From: Chloroflexota bacterium
GTDB taxonomy: Bacteria; Chloroflexota; UBA6077; FW602-bin22
Direction: 5' to 3'
Assembly (NCBI GenBank): GCA_035651675.1
Contig: DASRFH010000019.1
Location: 18,288-82,287, forward strand
DNA length: 64,000 bases
Of this stretch, positions 17,459-24,656 are shown piece by piece (position 1 is the first letter of the stretch; each line of letters starts with the position of its first letter). Made by a program: the position numbers and the translations under genes. The notes below the pieces were generated by a model. It was not told the origin of the DNA and made no database searches. It saw only the letters and a list, made by a program, of their open reading frames with translations.

Positions 17459-18186
17459 GCCACCCAGTATCGCTCGCCGCTCGCGAAGTAGGCGCGCACG
17501 GCCTGTTCCATCGCCGCCCCGTCGCCGAAGAGCGTAGCGATCTGCGAACGGTAGCGGGCGATCGCTTCGACCTTCCGTTCGAGGAGGTCCGCGGCGAGCG
17601 ACACAATCGGACCCTCGTGGGCGCCCAGCTCGGCGACGCGTTTCGCCAGCGCATCCGGCTCGCGCGCCACGTACGGGAAGTCCTCGTAGAGCAACAGCCC
17701 AGGGAGCGCCGCGCTCGCGCGCAGCGCGATCTGGTGATCGACGTGGTTGCCGACGGCCATAGGCGCGCGCCAGATCGCCTCAGGGTGTAGGCGGGCCAGG
17801 TCGCTGAGCCGCGCGGCGATCTCGTCGACCAGCTTGGCGTCGCCGGGCTTGACGACGCCGAAGAGCTCATCGTCCGACCGGTATTGCTCGCCGCGGTAGA
17901 TCGCGTCGAGCCAGGGCATCGGCAACCAGTCGGCGCCGAGCAGGTCGAGCGCCGCCTGCTGCTCGGCCCGGCGCTGGGCGATCGGATCGTCGGCGGCACC
18001 CCAGCGCGCATGCTGGCCGGCCGCGAACTCGGTCACCACCGCCGCGCGCCCAGGGTCGCCGGCGAACAGCGTCACGACCAGCACGGGCTCGCCGCGCGCG
18101 GCGAAGACCTGCACGCTGCCACCGCAGGAGAGCGCGACGTCGTCGAAGTGCGGCTCCACGAAGACGTGTCGGTACCTCTCGGGCAT
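17455..18186 (-). CDS. PIG-L/LmbE family deacetylase
   Basis: The N-terminal VFVEPHFDDVALSCGGS (P-H-x-D-D signature) and a later HVDH are typical of LmbE-like N-acetylglucosaminyl deacetylases. It overlaps the next gene by 4 nt. Confidence 0.75.
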   Translation of the reverse strand: MPERYRHVFVEPHFDDVALSCGGSVQVFAARGEPVLVVTLFAGDPGRAAVVTEFAAGQHARWGAADDPIAQRRAEQQAALDLLGADWLPMPWLDAIYRGEQYRSDDELFGVVKPGDAKLVDEIAARLSDLARLHPEAIWRAPMAVGNHVDHQIALRASAALPGLLLYEDFPYVAREPDALAKRVAELGAHEGPIVSLAADLLERKVEAIARYRSQIATLFGDGAAMEQAVRAYFASGERYWVA

Positions 18187-20020
18187 GGCGAGCGGGGATT
18201 ATCCTCCGCCCGTGACCACGACGGCCGGCAAGATCCGCGTGCTCCCGCCGTCCGTCGCCGAGAAGGTGGCGGCCGGCGAGGTGATCCAGCGCCCGGGCGA
18301 CGTCGTGAAGGAGCTCGTCGAGAACGCGATCGACGCGATCGCCGAGGCGAGGGCCGCGCAGCCCAGCCGAGCCAAGCAGATCGGCTCGGTCCAGGTGGAG
18401 CTGCGCGGCGGAGGGCTCGACCTGATCCGGGTCGTGGACGACGGCTGCGGCATCCCGGCCGAAGACGTCGAGGCGGCGCTCGCGAGGCATGGCACGAGCA
18501 AGATCCGCGATCTGGACGACCTCGGCCGCGTCCGTACGCTCGGCTTCCGCGGCGAGGCGCTGCCGAGCATCGGCGCCGTCGCCGAGCTGAGCGTCCTCAC
18601 CCGTCCCTACGCCGCCGCCGTGGGTGCCTACGTGCTCGTGGAGGGCGGCGAGCGGCGTGGGGCCGGCCCGCGCGGCTGCCCGCCGGGCACCCAGGTGCAA
18701 GTGCGCCGCCTCTTCTTCAACCTGCCGGCCCGGCTGGCGTTCCAGCGCTCGCCGGCCGGGGAGGCGGCCCACATCGCCCACCTGGTCGGCGTCTACGTGT
18801 TGGCGTATCCCGACCTCCGGTTCCGGCTCGTGGTGGACGGCCGCCGCGCGATCGAGGCGACGGGCGGCACGCTGGCCGACGCGCTCGCCGCCGTCTACGG
18901 GCCCGAGGCGGGCGCCGCCGCGCTGCCGGTCGAGCTGGTCGACCCGGCCGGGGTCGCGGTACGCGGCGTAATCTGCCGGCCCCACCTCACCCGCGGCACC
19001 CGCGGCGACGTGACGCTCTTCGTCAACGGCCGCCCGATCGCGAACCGCAACCTGGCCCACGCCGTCGTCGACGCTTACCGCGGCTTCCTCCCGGACGGCC
19101 GCTTCCCGCTCGCCGCGCTGAACGTCGAGCTGGATCCCGCCGAGGTCGACGTCAACGTCCACCCCAGCAAGGCCGACGTCCGCTTCCGGCGCGACCGGCT
19201 CGTCTACGCGACGCTCCAGCGCGCCGTGCGCGGCGCGCTGCTCGCCCAGGCGCCAGCGCCGGTCGTGTCACGGCCGCTCGACGGCGCGGTCGCGACGCCG
19301 CGCCCCGCGCGTCCTCCGTCGGGCCGCCCCGAGCCCACCCAACGGCCGATCCCGTTTGCTGTCGAGATGAGGCCGAGGCCGCCCACCGCGGACCCGCCAC
19401 AGACCGCGCCGGCGACCTCGGCAGCACCCGTCACCACCGCCGGCTCCCGCCTGCCAATCCTTCGGATCGTCGGCCAGGTGCAGGGCACCTACATCGTCTG
19501 TGAGGGCCCGGACGGCGTCTACTTCGTCGACCAGCACGCCGCCCACGAGCGCGTGCTGTACGAGCAGGTGCTCGCGCAGCGCGCCGCTGGCGGGGTCGCG
19601 CGCCAGCAGCTCCTCGAGCCGCTCGCAGTCGAGCTCGGCGGCCGTCGCCTCGCGCTGATCGAGGAGCACGCGGCCGCGCTGGCGCAGCTCGGCTTCGAGG
19701 CCGAGCCGTTCGGCGGCGCGACCGCGCTGCTGCGCGCCGTGCCGACCGGCGTCAAGAGCGGGGACAGTGCCCGCGCCCTCGCCGACGTCCTCGACGCGCT
19801 CGCCGACCCGACGCCCACCGTCGACGGGCTAGACCGCGGCGCCGCGAGGGTCGCCTGCCACGCGGCCGTCCGGGCCGGCGACCTGCTCAGCCCCGAGCTG
19901 ATGCGCCAGGTGATCGAGCAGCTCGAGGAGACCGACGTCGGCAGCTTCTGCCCCCACGGCCGCCCGACCGTCGTGCGGCTTCCGGTCAGTCAGCTCGAGC
20001 GCGACTTCGGGCGGCGGTGA
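18185..20020 (+). CDS. mutL: DNA mismatch repair protein MutL
   Basis: IRVLPPSVAEKVAAGEVIQRPGDVVKELVENAIDA, DDGCGI and GFRGEAL (GHKL ATPase), followed by the C-terminal dimerisation domain ending in CPHGRPT. The true start may be GTG 18212. Confidence 0.9.
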   Translation: MASGDYPPPVTTTAGKIRVLPPSVAEKVAAGEVIQRPGDVVKELVENAIDAIAEARAAQPSRAKQIGSVQVELRGGGLDLIRVVDDGCGIPAEDVEAALARHGTSKIRDLDDLGRVRTLGFRGEALPSIGAVAELSVLTRPYAAAVGAYVLVEGGERRGAGPRGCPPGTQVQVRRLFFNLPARLAFQRSPAGEAAHIAHLVGVYVLAYPDLRFRLVVDGRRAIEATGGTLADALAAVYGPEAGAAALPVELVDPAGVAVRGVICRPHLTRGTRGDVTLFVNGRPIANRNLAHAVVDAYRGFLPDGRFPLAALNVELDPAEVDVNVHPSKADVRFRRDRLVYATLQRAVRGALLAQAPAPVVSRPLDGAVATPRPARPPSGRPEPTQRPIPFAVEMRPRPPTADPPQTAPATSAAPVTTAGSRLPILRIVGQVQGTYIVCEGPDGVYFVDQHAAHERVLYEQVLAQRAAGGVARQQLLEPLAVELGGRRLALIEEHAAALAQLGFEAEPFGGATALLRAVPTGVKSGDSARALADVLDALADPTPTVDGLDRGAARVACHAAVRAGDLLSPELMRQVIEQLEETDVGSFCPHGRPTVVRLPVSQLERDFGRR

Positions 20021-20026
20021 GCGGCG

Positions 20027-22000
20027 TCACTCGGCGCCCTCGCTCAGGATCCGCTCCTCGACCGCCCGGCAAATGATGTCGGGCAGCGCGTCGATCTTCG
20101 GCACGAGTGTCCCGCGCGAGCACGAAATCGGGAGGTCGTCGATCACCGGCTCGTAGGACGCTTTGAACTCGACCTCGGCCAGCCCGACGCCGAAGGCGAG
20201 CAGCCGCAGCCGCTCGCGCGGCGGCCGGACCGCGTTGCGCTCCTCGATCCCGACCAGCGCGTCGACCAACGCCGCGCGGTCGCTCGAGATGCCGTCGGTC
20301 ACGATGAGGATCGTCTTGAGCCCCGGCTGGCCGCCGATGTCGGCGACCGCCTGGCTGATCGCGCGCGCTTCCTGCGTCTCGCCATGGTCGAGCGCGTACA
20401 TGTCGCGGATCAAGTAGCTGAAGTCCTTGACCACGTAGTGGCTCGAGGGGTCGATCCGCATCGAGTCGTAGGCAATCTCCGAGAACGAGCGCATCACGCG
20501 CGGCGCGTCGGAGAACGCGATCACTTCGTACGGCAGCTTCAGCCGCTCGTGGATCTCGATGAACAACACCGCCGTCTCGACCACCTGATCGAACTTACGG
20601 CTCGGGTAGCCACGCTGCACGACCGACCCACTCACGTCGAGCAGGATCGCGTTCGCGAAGTCCTTGAGGCTATCCTGGCGCTGCTGCCGGACGCCCTTCA
20701 GGAAGGCGACCGCCGGGTCGATCAGCAGGTTCTCGGGCCGGTCCTCGTCGAGGTCGCCGGTGTCGCCCCGCCGGAAGCGGCGCGGCCGTCGGTACGGATC
20801 GGCAGTGCCGAAGCGGCGCAGCGTGAGAATCTGCGCCAGGCCGGGCGCGCCGCCGCGGCCGTGCACCGTCGCGTCGATCAGCGGCTCGAGTTGCCGCACC
20901 TTGCGCACGTAGTCGAACTGCTCGTAATCCGGCCCGCCGCGAGGCTTGAACCGCCGGATGCGCTGGATGACGCCACCCGCCCAGCGCGGCCCGGCGTCGA
21001 GCCCGCTCGGCCGCGGCAGCGGCTGGGCGGGCTCCCTGCCCTCTGCCTCGTCGGCGCTCCTCGGAGGCTTCGGCGCGCGCTCCTCGGTCTCCTCCGGGGG
21101 CAGGGCGCCGATCGGTGCATCTTCCCGGACGAAGAAGAACACGCCCTGGTCGCCGCCGGGGGGCTCCAGATCCTTCGTCTCGTCGGCCGCCGGCGGCATC
21201 CAGTCCTCGTCCGGCTCCTCGTCCGCCGGCGGTGGCTCGGGCTCGAGCTCGTTCGGTGGCGGCCGACGCTGCTCCTCCGCGAGCTCCTGCCGCGAGCGCT
21301 CGATAAGCTGGCCGTAGAGCGGCAGCAGCGCCGTGAGTCGCCCGGCGCATTCCGCCATGCTGTCCGCGTCGGCGGCGTGGGCCGCGTCGGGCCAGCCGCG
21401 CCGCACGGCGTCGGCCACGCGACCGTCGACGGACCGGTCGACGTCGGGCCATACACCGGCGATCCACCGCGCGATCAGACCGTCGAGGAACAGGTGGTGG
21501 CTTAGCGGACGCTCCGCGCTCCGCCGACCGCGCACGTCGTTCTTCGGGTGCAGCTCGGTGCCCTGCGCGTACAGCGACCGGAGGAAGAGCGACGCGCCGG
21601 GATAGGCACGCAGGTAGCGGTTGTTGACGCGGAAGTCGTTGACGACGTTCAGCAGAAGCACGGCGCTGCCGTGCTCGACCCGGTAGCGCGTCGCGTCGGT
21701 CGCGAATCGGTAGATCGCCTTGCCGGCCTCGGGCCCGGCGTACAGCGCCTCGGCGACTTCGTGGCAAAGCGCACCAACCGCGCGCACGCCCGACCATTCG
21801 TGTAGCAGGTGTGCCGGGTAGACGAGCGTCCCGGAGTCTGGGCCGTACGCCCACCATTCGCCCGCCACGAGACGAACCGGCTGGTCGCGGAGGAGCAGCC
21901 GCGCGATCGCCTCCAGCTCGGATGGCCGGTAATGGAGAGACTCGATCTCGGCGGCCAGCGCCTCGACGGTTGCCGCGACCGGCGGGCTACCCGACGCCAC
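20027..22000 (-). CDS. VWA-domain protein with acidic/Pro-rich central linker (CobT/NorD-like partner of the upstream AAA+ ATPase)
   Basis: 657 aa. The C-terminal VWA domain has MIDAS DVSGS and a later TDG. The central region ELEPEPPPADEEPDEDW...EETEER is strongly acidic. The N-terminal ~250 aa are uncharacterised. Confidence 0.7.
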   Translation of the reverse strand: MASGSPPVAATVEALAAEIESLHYRPSELEAIARLLLRDQPVRLVAGEWWAYGPDSGTLVYPAHLLHEWSGVRAVGALCHEVAEALYAGPEAGKAIYRFATDATRYRVEHGSAVLLLNVVNDFRVNNRYLRAYPGASLFLRSLYAQGTELHPKNDVRGRRSAERPLSHHLFLDGLIARWIAGVWPDVDRSVDGRVADAVRRGWPDAAHAADADSMAECAGRLTALLPLYGQLIERSRQELAEEQRRPPPNELEPEPPPADEEPDEDWMPPAADETKDLEPPGGDQGVFFFVREDAPIGALPPEETEERAPKPPRSADEAEGREPAQPLPRPSGLDAGPRWAGGVIQRIRRFKPRGGPDYEQFDYVRKVRQLEPLIDATVHGRGGAPGLAQILTLRRFGTADPYRRPRRFRRGDTGDLDEDRPENLLIDPAVAFLKGVRQQRQDSLKDFANAILLDVSGSVVQRGYPSRKFDQVVETAVLFIEIHERLKLPYEVIAFSDAPRVMRSFSEIAYDSMRIDPSSHYVVKDFSYLIRDMYALDHGETQEARAISQAVADIGGQPGLKTILIVTDGISSDRAALVDALVGIEERNAVRPPRERLRLLAFGVGLAEVEFKASYEPVIDDLPISCSRGTLVPKIDALPDIICRAVEERILSEGAE

Positions 22001-22035
22001 GTCTTCGCGGCCCGCAAAGATTGCTCACCGGCGGC

Positions 22036-24396
22036 TCACTCCACCCCGTACTGCAGCAGCACCGGCTCCAGGACTCGCCGGGCCGCGTCGCTCGCGCCTT
22101 CGAGCACGCCCGTCCGGAACCGCTGACCGAACTCGGCCGCGTCGCGGCTGGTCCGCGCGATGGCGACGAGCTCGGCGGTCGAGAGCGCCGCGCCGCGCGC
22201 CGCCTGCCGCAGTGCTTCCTGCGAGGCGCGACTGAGCCCCACGATGGAGCCAGGGTCGATCCGCCCGGTCGCGATCTGGCGGCAGTAATCGACCAGGCGC
22301 ACGCAGTTCTCGAGCGCGCGTGAGCCGGCCAGCCCGGGCGCGACGAATTGGAGGATCGCGACCTCCTCCGCGATCGGCGGGTAGTCGACGGCGACGATCG
22401 CGCCGAAGCGGTTCTCGACGGCCTCGTTCAAAGGCTTCACGCCCGGGCCCTCCAGCGAACCGGTCGCGATCACCCACGCGTCAGGGTGAACCCGGAACAG
22501 CGTGCCGTCCGGCAGCGTGACGCTCGCGCCTTTATCGAACAGGCCGTTGATCAGCGAGTGCACGTCGGGGTAGGCGACGTTGTAGTCGTTCACCAGCACG
22601 GCGTCGCCGCGGTCGAGCGCCTCGAGGAATGCCTGGGTGGTCCATCGGGTCACGCCGCCGACCAGCCGACGGCTGGCGGTCAGGTCGCCCTTGGCGGTCT
22701 CGCCGGTCAGCGAGAACTCGACTAGCCGCTTGCGGTTCAGCAGCGCGAGCGTGCGGGCGAGGCTCGACTTGCCCGCGCCGGTCGGTCCGGCGAAGAACAC
22801 GGGCCGGCCCATCAGCAGCGCGGCCTCGGCCAGCCGAAGCGCGCCGATCGAGCTCGCGGTCAGGCACGGCAGCGCCTCGGCGCGGGTCGGCGGCCGCCCA
22901 AGCCGCCACGGCACGTTGACGCCGTAGACGTCGCGCAGCTCCGCCTCGATCTCCTCCATGCGCCAACGGTCGCGGATCTGCCGGTTCTGGGAGTCGTAGG
23001 CGCGGAGCCGCAGCCCAAGGCCGACCCGGCCCCCGCCGTGGGGGTAAAACGGCTCGCCGACCAGCACGCGCGTGCCATCGGCCAGCCGCTTCTGGTAGCG
23101 GACCGCGTGGACCACGACCTCCTCGTGGGCGCGGCCGTTCCGAGGCCGGTGCAGGACGTGCGCGGGCGGCTGCACCTTGTCGATGGCGACCGCTTCGGCG
23201 GAGTGCACGTCCGGCCAGCGCGCGCGCAGGTCCGCCACCCGATCCGCTCCGCCGACCCGCGCGTCGGCCAGCGCCCTCCGGATCACGTCGAGCGCCCGCT
23301 CGCGGGCCTCGCGCGGCAGGGTCGTGAGGAGCGCTCGCTCGGCCACGTCGGCGAGCGGCCCGCCCGTGATCGCACTGAGCCCGGCCCAGTGGATCAATGC
23401 GCGGGTCGACAGTCGGTTGATGAGGACCGTCCCGATCTGCGCGTCCGAGCGCAGCTCCGCGGCGACGTCCGTGAGCCGTCGGGCGAGCGCGCGGTCGAGC
23501 CGCACGCCGCGCCCGCCGAACGGCTCCTGCGCGTCGAACTCCGCGACGATCGCGTCCGCCTCCTCGTCCGGCGGGATGAAGGTCATCTCGATGTAGCCGA
23601 GCCCCCGACCGAAGCGCCGCTCCATCGCGCGCCCGAGATCGAGCGTGCCGACGTAGTTGGGGTTCGCCGTGCCGATGATGCCGAAGTGGCGGTGAACTTC
23701 GACCTCCACGTTGCCCCGCTCGGTCCCGGAGACGATCAGCCGCCCGGTGTCCATCGCCTGCGAGAAGACGACGAGGATGTCGGCTGGCACCATGTTGATC
23801 TCGTTGATGAGCAGCTTTTTCCCGAGCAGCATCGCCTCGACGGCCGGGCCGGGCACGGTCACGGTGCTCTGCCCTCCCTGGCCGCGGATGACCTCGACCG
23901 AGCGGTAGAAGTCGTTCAGCGTCGTGTCGCCGCTGAACGAGAGCTCGGTGAGCGGCTGGCCGGCGAGCCAACAGTACGTCTTTGCGGTCGTGGTCTTGCC
24001 GCAGCCGGTCGGGCCGAAGAGCAGCACGAAACCGCGGTGCTCGCCTGAGCTCGTGTCGGCGGTGGCGATCCGGCGCAGGACCCGACCCATCGCCGGGGAG
24101 ACGTAGCCGAACACCTCGCGCTCGCTTGGGATGGCAGCCGTGAGGTCGGCGGGCTCGACGAGCCGGTCGAGCTGGGACGCCCAGTCCGGCGGCCGTTGGC
24201 GGCGTCTGGCCAGCGGCTCGAGCCCCGGCTCGGCGCGCAGCCGACGCCGCGGGAAGCTGACGCCGTCGACCTCGAAGTGGTCGTCGTAGAGAGCCGCCCC
24301 GGGGCCGAGCGACCGTGCCACGACCTGGGTCACAATAGGCGATCTTAGCATCGGCACACGGAATGCATTCCCCATCTTGGGGCAGCGACGTCCCAA
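22036..24396 (-). CDS. Tandem AAA_5 (MoxR/CbbQ/NorQ-class) AAA+ ATPase
   Basis: 786 aa with two P-loops, LLFGPTGCGKTT and FFAGPTGAGKSS. Each is followed by a Walker-B-like strand with non-canonical residues (LLINEIN and VLVNDYN). The start is uncertain; ATGs at 24396, 24375 and 24351 are all possible. Confidence 0.75.
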   Translation of the reverse strand: MGRRCPKMGNAFRVPMLRSPIVTQVVARSLGPGAALYDDHFEVDGVSFPRRRLRAEPGLEPLARRRQRPPDWASQLDRLVEPADLTAAIPSEREVFGYVSPAMGRVLRRIATADTSSGEHRGFVLLFGPTGCGKTTTAKTYCWLAGQPLTELSFSGDTTLNDFYRSVEVIRGQGGQSTVTVPGPAVEAMLLGKKLLINEINMVPADILVVFSQAMDTGRLIVSGTERGNVEVEVHRHFGIIGTANPNYVGTLDLGRAMERRFGRGLGYIEMTFIPPDEEADAIVAEFDAQEPFGGRGVRLDRALARRLTDVAAELRSDAQIGTVLINRLSTRALIHWAGLSAITGGPLADVAERALLTTLPREARERALDVIRRALADARVGGADRVADLRARWPDVHSAEAVAIDKVQPPAHVLHRPRNGRAHEEVVVHAVRYQKRLADGTRVLVGEPFYPHGGGRVGLGLRLRAYDSQNRQIRDRWRMEEIEAELRDVYGVNVPWRLGRPPTRAEALPCLTASSIGALRLAEAALLMGRPVFFAGPTGAGKSSLARTLALLNRKRLVEFSLTGETAKGDLTASRRLVGGVTRWTTQAFLEALDRGDAVLVNDYNVAYPDVHSLINGLFDKGASVTLPDGTLFRVHPDAWVIATGSLEGPGVKPLNEAVENRFGAIVAVDYPPIAEEVAILQFVAPGLAGSRALENCVRLVDYCRQIATGRIDPGSIVGLSRASQEALRQAARGAALSTAELVAIARTSRDAAEFGQRFRTGVLEGASDAARRVLEPVLLQYGVE

Positions 24397-24407
24397 AGGA
24401 GAATGCA

Positions 24408-24656
24408 GTGGCGGACAAAGAAAAGGTCAAGGGCAAGCTCAACGAGGCGGTCGGCTCGGTCAAGCAGGGCATCGGCTCGGCGACGGGCGACGAGCGCCTG
24501 CAGGCGGAGGGACAGGCCCAGGAAGCGAAGGGCAAAGGCCAGGGCCTCGTCGGCGATGTCAAGGACAAAGCGCGTGAGGCGAAGGAGACCGCCAAGGGCG
24601 CCGTCGGCGCCGTAAAGGACGCCGCGCACGACGAAGAGCGGAGCCGGCGCCCTTAA
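24408..24656 (+). CDS. CsbD family general-stress protein
   Basis: GTG 24408 follows AAGGAG. The product ADKEKVKGKLNEAVGSVKQGIGSATGDERLQAEGQAQEAKGKGQ... is the typical CsbD repeat pattern. Confidence 0.75.
   Translation: MADKEKVKGKLNEAVGSVKQGIGSATGDERLQAEGQAQEAKGKGQGLVGDVKDKAREAKETAKGAVGAVKDAAHDEERSRRP

Noticed and set aside
22532-24595. 687-aa minus-strand ORF overlapping the tandem AAA+ gene. Similar long shadow ORFs include 24810-27281 (823 aa), 29063-31378 (771 aa), 17884-19503 (539 aa), 52140-53660 (506 aa), 4007-5542 (511 aa) and 10313-11584 (423 aa).
   Set aside because: All are RPGA-rich low-complexity translations lying out of frame or antisense to genes with unambiguous conserved motifs (AAA_5, spermidine-synthase fusion, gltB, mutL, guaA/purD, the membrane GT, mutS). 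They lack RBS or start context. I treat them as GC-driven artefacts.
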